Assembly: GCA_015486155.1 (NCBI GenBank)
Contig: WFSF01000029.1
Coordinates: 1-43,234 of the forward strand
Direction: 5' to 3'
DNA length: 43,234 nt
Source of the DNA: Armatimonadota bacterium
Lineage (GTDB): Bacteria; Armatimonadota; Hebobacteria; Hebobacterales; Hebobacteraceae
Part shown: positions 9,415-18,459 of the stretch, in pieces
Numbering within the stretch: the stretch's first letter is position 1
How the letters are laid out: the number at the start of each line of letters is the position of its first letter
Position numbers and translations under genes: made by a program
The notes under the pieces: model-generated
Databases searched by the model: none
What the model was told of the DNA's origin: nothing
Seen by the model: the letters and a program-made list of their open reading frames with translations, nothing else

Positions 9415-11004
9415 ATGGCAGCCGTCAGTTGGCCGCTCTTGCGAAAAGAATTGAGGCAGAGCCTGCGGGCCAAGGCCACGCTGATCGTGGAGAACCTCTA
9501 CCTGTTGATCCTCGTGGCCCTGGCCGGCTGGGAGGTGTACGCCAGCGCCCATTCCTGCTCCCCCCGCCCCACCTGGGAGTGCGGCCGCACCACCTTCTGG
9601 CATGTGGCGCAGCTCCAGGCCATCCTGCTGGGCCTGGTGGCGGCCGCGCTCGGCGCGGCCGCGGTCACCGCGGAATCGGAACAGAAAACCCAGGACCTGC
9701 TGCTGGTCACGCCGGCCCGCGTGCGGGAAATCGTCCGCAGCAAGTTTCTGGCGGCCTTCGTCATCGTGCTCGTGCTCGTGTTGCTCTCGGTCCCCGTCTC
9801 CGTGCTCTGCCTGCTCCTCGGCGGACTCACCTGGCAGGAGGTGGCGTGGGCCTATCTGTTGCTGCTGACCTGGCTCGCGCTGGCGGGCACGATGGGGATC
9901 CTCACCGGCGCGCTGGTGCACAGAACCATCGCCGCGGTGCCCCTGGCGATCGTCGCGGCCTATCTCGTCACCGCGGCCTCGGGCGCGATGGTGGAGAACA
10001 AGGTGCCGCACGCCGCGCTGGGCGGCACCGGAGCGCTCTCCCTCCTCTCCAGGGAGATACCTCTCTCCTTCTTCGGGTTTCATTTGCCCGTGTGGGCGGC
10101 CTCGCTGGCCCTCTGCATTCCCCTCGGGGCCTGTCTCATGGAGTCGGCGGTGGACCGCGTCCGGCTGGCCCACCAGCGCCGCCCCATCGCCCAGCGCATC
10201 TGGATGCTCCTGTTCGCGGCCGCGGCCAGCGCACTGGCCCTCGGGACGGTTATCGCCCAGCCGCCGAGCCCACAGGGGCCTCCGTGGGATCCGATGCTCG
10301 GGGGACTGACCGTCCAGGGAGTGATCCTGCTCCTGCTGGCCGCCATCTTCTCCTCCCAGGGATTGGGCAAGCGGGATCACGCCGCCCTCCGCGGGGAGCG
10401 TCAGCCCTTCCTGCACGCGCTGTTCGGGGCGGGGCCCCGCGCGGGGGCGCGTTTCATCGCGGTGACGGCCGTGACTCTACTCGCGGGCTGGGCGGTTGCG
10501 TGGCCGCTGATGGGGAGGGATGTGGGCGTGCCGGGGTGGAGGATCGCGCTCGCCGTCGCCAACCTGCTGGCCGGGGCCTGGGTGGCCTGTCTCCTGGGGC
10601 AGTGGGCCGCCTTCTGGGGAAAGCTGAGGCGGGAGTGGATTCGGCGCACCGTGGGGGTGGGGATGGCGGTGCTGCTGTTCGGCGGGATTCCTGCCGCGGC
10701 CGGAATCATCTGGCATGGGCACGCACTCCCTCCCCCCGTGTCGGCGGCGCTGCTGCTGACCAATCCCGTCACCGGCTGCGTGGCCGCGTTCGATCCGCCC
10801 AACGCCATCCCCGGCAGCAAGTGGGCCGATGACCTCGACCGCGTGCTGCCTCTGGGGCTCTATCCGCTGCTCTTCTCGCTCCTTCTCGGCGTCCTCCTCG
10901 CGCTGGCGCTCACGGTGGCGCGCCGCCGGCTACGGGCGGCGCTCATGGAGGGCAGGCCCCCCGCCCCGCGGGAGGCGGAGGCCGCCTCCCGGCCCGCCGA
11001 GTAG
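9415..11004 (+). CDS. ABC-2 type permease
   Basis: PLLRKELRQSLR start; AVTAESEQKTQDLLLVTP...IVRSKF motif; many hydrophobic segments; GGAGG RBS. Confidence 0.85.
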   Translation: MAAVSWPLLRKELRQSLRAKATLIVENLYLLILVALAGWEVYASAHSCSPRPTWECGRTTFWHVAQLQAILLGLVAAALGAAAVTAESEQKTQDLLLVTPARVREIVRSKFLAAFVIVLVLVLLSVPVSVLCLLLGGLTWQEVAWAYLLLLTWLALAGTMGILTGALVHRTIAAVPLAIVAAYLVTAASGAMVENKVPHAALGGTGALSLLSREIPLSFFGFHLPVWAASLALCIPLGACLMESAVDRVRLAHQRRPIAQRIWMLLFAAAASALALGTVIAQPPSPQGPPWDPMLGGLTVQGVILLLLAAIFSSQGLGKRDHAALRGERQPFLHALFGAGPRAGARFIAVTAVTLLAGWAVAWPLMGRDVGVPGWRIALAVANLLAGAWVACLLGQWAAFWGKLRREWIRRTVGVGMAVLLFGGIPAAAGIIWHGHALPPPVSAALLLTNPVTGCVAAFDPPNAIPGSKWADDLDRVLPLGLYPLLFSLLLGVLLALALTVARRRLRAALMEGRPPAPREAEAASRPAE

Positions 11005-11192
11005 CTCTGTTCACCGCGCCTGTCGCAATCGCCCCACATAGAGGGGGAACATTGCGCGATGTCGCGCCTCTAACCAAGGTCGCCGCCATTTGGCGGAGAA
11101 ACGCCAAGACAGGTATTGGCGCTGACTACAGGCCACGGGTGTTCCCGTGGGAATCCCAGAAGATCTGCGTCACTCCGGAACGGAGGCGGTTT

Positions 11193-12506
11193 ATGATGCG
11201 GATACTATTGATCACGCCGGCCTGGCGAAGTCCCTTTCGCGGGGAGAAGCTGAAGCGAAAGGCGCTCTTCCCCCCGCTCGCGCTCCCGCTGCTGGCCGCG
11301 CTCACGCCGGACGATGTGGAAGTCTCCCTGGTGGACGAGGCGGTGGATGACGTGGACCTGGAGGCCGACGTGGACCTGGTCGGCATCAGCGCGATGACCA
11401 CCCAGGCCCCCAGGGCCTACCAGATCGCCGACGCCTTCCGCGCCCGCGGCGTGAAAGTCGTCCTCGGGGGAATGCACCCCTCCGCCCGCCCCCAGGAGGC
11501 CGCCGAGCATTGCGACGCGGTGGTGGTGGGAGAGGCGGAGGGCGTCTGGCCCAGGGTGGTCGAGGACGCCCGCAGGGGCCGGCTCCAGCAGTACTATCAG
11601 GCGGAGACCCGCCCGGACCTGGCCGAGGTGCCGGTTCCGCGCAGAGACCTGCTCAACCAGGACGCCTATCTCACCACCGGCCTGGTGCAGGCCAGCCGCG
11701 GCTGTCCGTTCGGGTGCTCCTTCTGCACCGTCACCAGGTTCTTCGGCCGCACCTACCGGTTCCGCCCCGTCGAGAAGGTGATCGAGGAGGTGGCCGGGCT
11801 GCGGGAGAAACTGGTGATCTTCGTGGACGACAACATCATGGGGCTCCCCGCCTACTCGAAGCGTTTCTTCGAGCAACTGGCCGAGTTGGGCAAGACGTGG
11901 TTCAGCCAGGCCTCGCTCACCATGCTGAAGGACGCGAAACTGCTCAAACTGGCCGCGCGCAGCGGCTGCCGGGGGCTGTTCGTGGGCATGGAGAGCCTCT
12001 CCCAGTCGGCCCTCCAGCACTGGGGAAAGAGCTTTAACACAGGAATCAACTATCGGGACGCCATCGCGCGGCTGCACGACCACGGGATCGGGGTGGTGGG
12101 ATCCTTCATCTTCGGGGCCGATGAGGACGATTCCGGCGTCTTCGACCGCACCGTGGACTTCGTGGAGCGAGCCCACCTGGACGCCGCCCAGTTCTCCATC
12201 CTCACCCCCCTTCCGGGCACGAAGTTCTACGAGGAGATGGAGCGGGAGGGGCGGCTGATCGACCGCAACTGGGCCCACTACGATGGGGGGCACGTGGTGT
12301 TCCGCCCCCGCAGCATGTCCGCCGACAGACTGCGTGAGGGCTTCCACTGGGCTCTCCGGCGGGTCTACTCGCTCACCGGCATCATCCGGCGCACCTGGGA
12401 CGGATGGCTGCGCCGCCCGGTCTTCGGCTACGTCAACCTCGCCTTCCGCCAGCGCATAGGCTCCTACTTGCGGCGCGTCACCAAGAAACCGCAGTGGGAA
12501 ACATAG
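11193..12506 (+). CDS. B12-binding-domain radical SAM protein
   Basis: DLVGIS...VVLGGMHPS...VVVGEAE cobalamin domain; SRGCPFGCSFC (CxxxCxxC); FVDDN; GMES; LTPLPGT. Confidence 0.93.
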   Translation: MMRILLITPAWRSPFRGEKLKRKALFPPLALPLLAALTPDDVEVSLVDEAVDDVDLEADVDLVGISAMTTQAPRAYQIADAFRARGVKVVLGGMHPSARPQEAAEHCDAVVVGEAEGVWPRVVEDARRGRLQQYYQAETRPDLAEVPVPRRDLLNQDAYLTTGLVQASRGCPFGCSFCTVTRFFGRTYRFRPVEKVIEEVAGLREKLVIFVDDNIMGLPAYSKRFFEQLAELGKTWFSQASLTMLKDAKLLKLAARSGCRGLFVGMESLSQSALQHWGKSFNTGINYRDAIARLHDHGIGVVGSFIFGADEDDSGVFDRTVDFVERAHLDAAQFSILTPLPGTKFYEEMEREGRLIDRNWAHYDGGHVVFRPRSMSADRLREGFHWALRRVYSLTGIIRRTWDGWLRRPVFGYVNLAFRQRIGSYLRRVTKKPQWET

Positions 12507-12668
12507 CGGCCGGCCGCCGCAGGCGGAAGGACCTGCGCCCCAGCGCAGAGAAAAGAAAGATAATGTATGCGGGGGTTGTGGCGGGATTTCTGAATCCCCG
12601 CAAAGGTGCGCCTTAGCCCGTCTCGGCAGGAGACGGGCGCTGTGTCCGATTGGCGTAGGGAGCAGCAG

Positions 12669-13811
12669 GTGACGGGCGAATCGGTTGACGTGATCGTAAT
12701 CGGAGCCGGCCCCAGCGGAGCCCATGCCGCCCGGGAGATGGCCCGGCTCGGCTACCAGGTGCTGATCCTGGAGGAGCACGCGCGCGTGGGCCTTCCGGTC
12801 CACTGCACGGGCGTGGTGGGCAGCGACGCTTGGCGGCAGTTGGGGCTGAATCCGGATCTCGTCCAGGCGGAGCTCTCGGGCGCGCGCTTCTTCTCCCCGC
12901 GCGGACAGTCCTTCTTCATCTCGGCGCCCGAGACGCGGGCGGTGGTGGTTGACCGCGGGGAGCTCGACCGGTGGCTGTGCCGCCGCGCGGTGGAGAGCGG
13001 GGCGGCGTTGGTGACGGGGGCGCGGGCGCGCGCGGTGCGGGTGAGCGAAGACCGCGCGGTGGTGGAGGCGGACCTCGAAGGAGAGCCGGTCTCGCTGCGC
13101 GCTTCGCTGGTGATAGTGGCGGCCGGGGCCAACTCATCGCTGGCGCGCAAGGCCGCGCCTGCGGCCGCGGCCGGCGGTTTTCTCTACGCGGCACAGATGG
13201 ACGCCCAGCGAACGGGGCTGGAAGAGGTGGAGGTCTACATGGGCGGGACGGCGGCCCCGGGCGGATACGCCTGGGCGGTGCCCGTGGAGGACCGGTGCCG
13301 GGTGGGCTTGATCTCGCGTGCCTTGCCCGGCGGGTTCCTGAAGAAATTGGTCTCCCGCCTGGAGGCGCGGGGGGCCATCGTCCCCGACGACGCACGCGTA
13401 GTGCGGCACCGGATACCGGCGGGGCCCCGCACGCCGTCGTTCTCCGAGCGGATGCTGCTGGTGGGGGATGCGGCCGGGCAGGTGAAAACCACCACCGGGG
13501 GAGGCATCCTGTTCGGGCTGCTAGGGGCGCAGGCCGCGGCGGAGACCGCCGACTGGGCGCTGCGCGCCGGCGACTTCTCGGCCGCCGGCCTCGCGCGCTA
13601 CGAGCAGATGTGGACGGCCAAGCTGGGGACGGAGCAGCGTGTCGGCCAGTTGCTGCGCAAGGTGCAAGCCGTTCTCACCGACGAAGACCTGGAGTTGCTC
13701 TTCACCCTGATCCGGCGCGCCGGAATCGCAACCCTCCTCTCCCGCCTCCACTTCGACTGGCACTCCTTCGGCCTGCTGAGACTGCTCGCCCAGACGCTCC
13801 CGGGGTTGTAG
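12669..13811 (+). CDS. Geranylgeranyl-reductase family FAD-dependent oxidoreductase
   Basis: DVIVIGAGPSG, PVHCTG, DRGELDRWL, APGGYAWAVP, LVGDAAGQVKTTTGGGI. Start approximate. Confidence 0.88.
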   Translation: MTGESVDVIVIGAGPSGAHAAREMARLGYQVLILEEHARVGLPVHCTGVVGSDAWRQLGLNPDLVQAELSGARFFSPRGQSFFISAPETRAVVVDRGELDRWLCRRAVESGAALVTGARARAVRVSEDRAVVEADLEGEPVSLRASLVIVAAGANSSLARKAAPAAAAGGFLYAAQMDAQRTGLEEVEVYMGGTAAPGGYAWAVPVEDRCRVGLISRALPGGFLKKLVSRLEARGAIVPDDARVVRHRIPAGPRTPSFSERMLLVGDAAGQVKTTTGGGILFGLLGAQAAAETADWALRAGDFSAAGLARYEQMWTAKLGTEQRVGQLLRKVQAVLTDEDLELLFTLIRRAGIATLLSRLHFDWHSFGLLRLLAQTLPGL

Positions 13812-13975
13812 CCCCTGTAGCCCCGGAGCGCCTGTCTTTGCCCGCCCTGTCCCCCTGTCAGGCGCTCACCGCCACAGGCGCGCCGGTTGCACCGCCGGCC
13901 CTGCGAAAATCCTCCGGGCGGGCTACTCGGAGCAAGAGAGAGTGTTGCGCCTCCTCGGGCACCGCGGGCTGGGCC

Positions 13976-14362
13976 TCACCAGCCGCGCCGCGCGACGTAC
14001 CATGCGTGACCGAAGACCACGACCATCCAGACGACAAAGGCCGCGATGAAACGCGCCACAGACCACCCGATCTGGAGCCATGACTCATTCTGCGCCGGGG
14101 CCGTGGGGGCCCGAAAGCGGCCTCCGAGGAGCACCGGAGCCGTCACATAGAACACGATCAGGCGAACGGGCGCCATCCCCAGGATGCCCCTCAAGTCCTC
14201 TGCTCTCACCCCGGCCGCGTAAAACCTGCGCGCCCCCATGATGATTTCAAGCCCGGACAGGACCGCGGTACCAAACACCGCGTATGCCGCACATCGCCAG
14301 CGCGGGGAGAATTTCGCCGTGCCCTCCGCGCGCTGCTTTTCATCGCGCCCGCTACCATTCAC
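13976..14362 (-). CDS. Small membrane protein (candidate RHS immunity or cargo)
   Basis: 128 aa with three hydrophobic segments, lying in the RHS fragment array. Confidence 0.5.
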   Translation of the reverse strand: MNGSGRDEKQRAEGTAKFSPRWRCAAYAVFGTAVLSGLEIIMGARRFYAAGVRAEDLRGILGMAPVRLIVFYVTAPVLLGGRFRAPTAPAQNESWLQIGWSVARFIAAFVVWMVVVFGHAWYVARRGW

Positions 14363-14420
14363 CGGTGGCTCCGCCCTTATCGTCTCCGTTCATGTCCCTC
14401 TCCCTCCCGCGGCCGTTCTG

Positions 14421-14531
14421 CTGTAGGGCGGGCTTACCAAAGCCCGCCATGGCGGGGATAGGTCCCTAAGCCCAGAGGGCCGGGATGGCGGTCTGCCGCA
14501 GGCAGACTTTAGCCATATCCCCGCCCTACAG
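14421..14531. repeat. GTAG-type REP doublet (REPIN-like) with nested hairpins
   Basis: Perfect 12-bp terminal inverted repeat CTGTAGGGCGGG...CCCGCCCTACAG. Internal GGCGGGCT-AGCCCGCC, CCGCCATGGCGG and GTCTGCC-GCA-GGCAGAC palindromes. Confidence 0.75.
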
Positions 14532-14536
14532 TCCCC

Positions 14537-14664
14537 CCACATTTGCTGCGAGGGAGCGTAGTACGATCTACTCTCCGTCGTGTACCTCGCCGGCACGCTC
14601 CCGGAGTCGTTGGTCTCCTCCAGGACGCGGTCGCCGTTGTCACAGGTGTACTCCGTCACGTAGT
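14537..14664 (-). pseudogene. RHS repeat fragment
   Basis: NGDRVLEETNDSGSVPARYTTESRSYYAP resembles the YDGxxVLxETxxxGxVxARY repeats of RHS proteins. Confidence 0.65.
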
Positions 14665-15573
14665 TCAGCCCGTTGTAGTCCTCGCGCTGCTTCGCCCCTC
14701 CGCCTTCCCTACGATTGCATCACCGATGCAGAGCAACAGGTATGGGAAATAGCCCAATCCGATCGGCGCCAACAAGAACACAAACGGCACCGAGGTGCGG
14801 AGCAGGAGCACGGCAAAGGCGACCGCGCCCACGAATAGCCCCGCTCCGCCCACCAATGGAGCGATCAGGGAACGCGCCATGGTGCCGCGGCGATTGGCCG
14901 CCCTCCGCCTGGCGGCCGGCCACAAATGAAGGAGAGACAGGGCCACAGTTGACAGGATACCGGCCTGCGTGAGGCGGTAAGACGCCTCTCCCACAGACAG
15001 CGCTTGTATCATGGGTAATGTCATGAATGGGATAAGCACTAGCGTGGCCGAGGCCAGCATCTCAGCGAGATGGATCGCATGAACCGCACTTCTCGTATCC
15101 CGGGCCAACAACAGAAACCACACACCCACCGCGGCAATGATGTAGCAGGCGGCTGCGAGCGCTACACGTCGCACGTGAGCCGCTGACTCACTGTCCGCGG
15201 GCAGAAAGATGCCCCACCCAACCGCGCACGCCATCGCGGCCAAGGATTGTCTGGCAAGCGCTCTGCGAAGTGACCCCACAACCCGCCGGCGCAACGCGAA
15301 CACAGCGCAGGCCCCCAGCAGAACACCACCTGCGACCAACCCGCCCGGAAGTCGAGCCCCTTGCGCGCCCCAGATCGAGAAGCCGCACCACAGCAGGACC
15401 AGACATCCCCAGGTGAGGCTGCAAAGCAGAAGCACCCAACCAAGGCTCCTCTCCGAGCGGTGCCCTCGGCCGCCCAATGCTCCCCCCGATACAGCGGAAC
15501 GCAGGGAGTCAACCACAGCATATCCAGCCACCAGTCCCAAAGCGGTGACGATCGCTGTTGCATGTGCGGACAT
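14665..15573 (-). CDS. Polytopic membrane protein (candidate immunity)
   Basis: 302 aa with about 8-9 hydrophobic segments, directly downstream of an RHS core/CT fragment. Confidence 0.55.
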   Translation of the reverse strand: MSAHATAIVTALGLVAGYAVVDSLRSAVSGGALGGRGHRSERSLGWVLLLCSLTWGCLVLLWCGFSIWGAQGARLPGGLVAGGVLLGACAVFALRRRVVGSLRRALARQSLAAMACAVGWGIFLPADSESAAHVRRVALAAACYIIAAVGVWFLLLARDTRSAVHAIHLAEMLASATLVLIPFMTLPMIQALSVGEASYRLTQAGILSTVALSLLHLWPAARRRAANRRGTMARSLIAPLVGGAGLFVGAVAFAVLLLRTSVPFVFLLAPIGLGYFPYLLLCIGDAIVGKAEGRSSARTTTG

Positions 15574-15694
15574 GACATCCCTTCCTACCTATCGATGAGC
15601 CCGCGAGACGGACGCTGCCAAGAAAAGGCTGAGGTGCAGCGCTCCGCACCCTGCCCAAGGATCTCCAGACATGGGCAGTAGTTAGGTCTACGGT

Positions 15695-15975
15695 TCACCT
15701 CAGCCGCGCGGCCGCGCTCTTACTCCATACCACTTCACACTTCCATACCTGATACGCCGAGTATACGTCAGCGGCGCCACAACCCACCGCAAGGCCGATC
15801 CTGTACGTTGCGTAAGCTGCGGCGAACACGGACCGCCCCTCCAGATCCCCCCCCATGGTCGGCCGATCCCCGACATACGCATACCAATTCACCCCCTCCC
15901 TGGCCGGGTCCTTGGTGATGAAGCGGCCGAGCTCCGGCCGGTAGAAGCGGTGGCCCAGCTGCAATAGCCCGCTGG
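15695..15975 (-). pseudogene. Orphan RHS-associated core plus short C-terminal extension
   Basis: SGLLQLGHRFYRPELGRFITKDPAREGVNWYAYVGDRPTMGGDLEG followed by a hydrophobic tail. Confidence 0.88.
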
Positions 15976-15987
15976 AATGAAGATTCT

Positions 15988-16368
15988 TCAGGTGAGGTGC
16001 ACCAAGGACGCCTCCACCCGACCACGCTTGTCAAGGAACACGTAAAGACTCACGCCGAAGCCATATGAGTAGCGGAGCACCTCATTGTGCACGGGATGAG
16101 CGAAGGGAATACTCTTGGCATCTGGATAGACACGTTGCGGTTTTCCCAGCGCCCGCACTACATCCGCGTATGTCATGCCTGGACCAGCATAGCATTCTGC
16201 CGTGCGGAAGGCTCTCTTCTCCGCAGTTAGCCTGCCGGCAGCGATATAGATGCTTGGCACCACGAAGACAGCGGTGATCACGAGCAACAGGAGGATTGCC
16301 AGGATCATCGTGAAGATAGACCATCCGGCAGTGCGTCCCCGCCCAAGTTGGAGGGACTTATGCTTCAC
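15988..16368 (-). CDS. Membrane-anchored BamE/SmpA-OmlA-like small protein (candidate immunity)
   Basis: N-terminal TM, then GMTYADVVRALGKP...LRYSYG...LYVFLDKRGRVE. Confidence 0.65.
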   Translation of the reverse strand: MKHKSLQLGRGRTAGWSIFTMILAILLLLVITAVFVVPSIYIAAGRLTAEKRAFRTAECYAGPGMTYADVVRALGKPQRVYPDAKSIPFAHPVHNEVLRYSYGFGVSLYVFLDKRGRVEASLVHLT

Positions 16369-16757
16369 CGTCTTGGCCCCCAGTACACGGCTTCTACATA
16401 GCCACTCGAATTCAGGTATAAGAGTATCACGTGGCCGAACTCGTAGTACACCATGGCTCTTTCTTCCACCGCTCTCGAGGGCAATCTATAGCGCTTGCTC
16501 ACACTTTGGGGCAACTCGTCCAGACTGGTGATCATCAAAGCGGGCGGCCCGACGTCCCTGGTCACCTCGCTCTCGTTTCTGCCGATGGCGGTATAGATGC
16601 GAAAGCGGGTCTCCCGAGCTTGGCGTACGCACCCCAAGCCAGCATAGAGGGCCATTGCCCAGCCGACTATCGCGACTGCGATCAGCCACCTCACCAGACG
16701 CGCCGAGGGGTGCTTTCGGCCGTTCACTTTGTTACCGGACTCGTCACATACTGACAT
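16365..16757 (-). CDS. Membrane-anchored small protein, apparent distant paralogue of 15988-16368
   Basis: TM, then IGRNESEVTRDVGPP...MVYYEFG...LLYLNSSGYVE. GTGA overlap with the next gene. Confidence 0.6.
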   Translation of the reverse strand: MSVCDESGNKVNGRKHPSARLVRWLIAVAIVGWAMALYAGLGCVRQARETRFRIYTAIGRNESEVTRDVGPPALMITSLDELPQSVSKRYRLPSRAVEERAMVYYEFGHVILLYLNSSGYVEAVYWGPRR

Positions 16758-16879
16758 GCATGTGCGCTCCTATTCAGATCTCGACACTAACACGGCCCGT
16801 CTACCCAAAGGCTCTGCATTCGTTCGCAAAACTCCTTACAAACGTCGCTGTCGTTAGATCCACTCCGGCAGTGCTCGCT

Positions 16880-17080
16880 GGCACATTCGAATCTCCCCAT
16901 CGCCGGCCGATCCCCGACATACGCATACCAATCCACCCCCTCCCTGGCCGGGGTCCCGGTCGGGCACCGCCCGACCTAGGGATAGAACCTCGCGCCCAAC
17001 TGCAACAGCCCGCTCGGGTCGGTGATGCCTGTCCGCCATAGCCTTGGCGACGGCGGATACCCCTACGCGGCTCCCAACAG
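16880..17080 (-). pseudogene. Degenerate RHS-associated core fragment
   Basis: GAA*GY[30-bp insert]ITDPSGLLQLGARFYP*VGR..., then a frameshift, then PAREGVDWYAYVGDRP. Confidence 0.85.
17027..17056. repeat. 30-bp palindromic insertion
   Basis: GCCTGTCCGCCATAGCCTTGGCGACGGCGG; removing it restores GGG TAT ATC ACC GAC CCG (GYITDP). Confidence 0.7.
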
Positions 17081-17159
17081 GCTGGCGTGTTCGCGTATTC
17101 AGGTCCTTCAAATTGCGACCAGCGACGTACTCTCGCTGCAAAATTGGATAGACGATATT

Positions 17160-17567
17160 CTATTGGTGGCCTCGTAACACCAACGGCAGCAGTAGTGAAT
17201 TGATAGCCGCTTGGTATGCTCCCACCAGGAAGACCACCGCAATCCCCCACGGCCACCACAAGCGAGCGGACGCAACACCGTTCGCACGGACACGGGCAAA
17301 CGCATACACCACAAGAGGCAGCGGAACCAGTATCAACCCCCATCGCACCATTGCGAATGAGAAGGCTACAGAGGCCGGGGCGGTTGGCATCCGTCCAATT
17401 GCTGAGCGAAACAGGAACTCGACGGAAGCTTCATAGAGAACTGCCAAAGAAGTGATAGCCAAAGCCCAACCCATGGCCGCCCTCGGTATCTTCGGTACCC
17501 TTCGCACCAGTACTGCGCCCAACACGAATGGGAGAAACTGTAATACCAATACTATCACCCAGGACAT
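17160..17567 (-). CDS. Four-TM small membrane protein (candidate immunity)
   Basis: 135 aa, almost entirely hydrophobic helices. Confidence 0.6.
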   Translation of the reverse strand: MSWVIVLVLQFLPFVLGAVLVRRVPKIPRAAMGWALAITSLAVLYEASVEFLFRSAIGRMPTAPASVAFSFAMVRWGLILVPLPLVVYAFARVRANGVASARLWWPWGIAVVFLVGAYQAAINSLLLPLVLRGHQ

Positions 17568-17589
17568 AACGTGTTATCCGTACACTTTG

Positions 17590-18069
17590 TCACCAGCTCA
17601 GGTAGAACTCGGACAGAACCCCATCATTGTCGAAATAGAACGTCGCAGCCTCTTCCCCAAAAGTCCAGCTCGCCAGCCCGTGCACGACATATCCATCTTT
17701 CGTGCGCCAGCCTTTGCGCAAATGCAGGCTTTGCACGCTGCCCGCCTTGCCAGGATGTACCACCCATGCGCCAAGCAACTTGCCTGTCTCACTTTTGCTG
17801 GCCACCACCGGCTCATCCCCCTGCCGGTTGTAGCACTCGAACAGGATGTCCCCGACGCGTACGGTGGAATCAGGCGCCTTTCGCGGGGGAGCTGTGGATA
17901 CCCCGGAAAACGGTCCATCGTCTAAGAATGAGTGATAGCGCACCAAAGCACGATGTGCCATGCCCAGCCCAATGACGAGCAATAGGATGAACGCCCCCGC
18001 CACATACCGCCATCTCCGGCTCCCGCGCGGGCGCAATGTTTCCGGCTCGGCTAACCTCGTCGACGACAC
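17590..18069 (-). CDS. Single-TM exported protein (candidate immunity)
   Basis: Basic N-terminus, one TM, beta-rich soluble domain ending ATFYFDNDGVLSEFYLSW. Confidence 0.6.
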   Translation of the reverse strand: MSSTRLAEPETLRPRGSRRWRYVAGAFILLLVIGLGMAHRALVRYHSFLDDGPFSGVSTAPPRKAPDSTVRVGDILFECYNRQGDEPVVASKSETGKLLGAWVVHPGKAGSVQSLHLRKGWRTKDGYVVHGLASWTFGEEAATFYFDNDGVLSEFYLSW

Positions 18070-18094
18070 CTCTGCCGACCTCTCCCCTTCTCGT

Positions 18095-18400
18095 GCTTCA
18101 GCCGATTCTCGTCATCGTACACCAGCGTCCGCGACCCGAAAAGAGATCCCAACACGCTGGTCAGACCGCCACTGTTGTTGTACCCCAAGCTCTCCAACTG
18201 ACTCCCCCCGGAACTCGTCCCAATCTTGGTCAGCTTGTCCGCATTGTCATAGGTGTAGTACCGCGTCCACCCAGCCACCACGTCCTGTTCCTTCGTCCGA
18301 TTCCCCACCGCATCATACCCCCACCGGTAGTCGTATTCGTAGGTGCTGGCATCCCGGTACACACCTCCCATCTGGCACCGGTACAATGCCACTCGCTCCG
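18095..18400 (-). pseudogene. RHS/YD-repeat fragment
   Basis: WGYDAVGNRTKE, YYTYDNADKLTKI, LGYNNSGGLTSV, LVYDDENRL. Confidence 0.88.
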
Positions 18401-18459
18401 GTACTCCCGTGCCGTAGCCGTCGAAATTGGAGAGGAAGAGATTCCCTGTTGCCGCTCTT

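Noticed and set aside
748-12803. Long alternative ORFs (748-1908+, 1785-3161+, 3586-4974+, 6263-8173-, 8428-10416-, 11205-12803-)
   Set aside because: They lie antisense to motif-supported genes and have no motifs of their own; such shadows are expected in high-GC DNA.
13807-13824. TGTAGCCCC tandem duplication at the GGR stop as an att site
   Set aside because: Only 9 bp, and I found no partner copy at the other end of the island.
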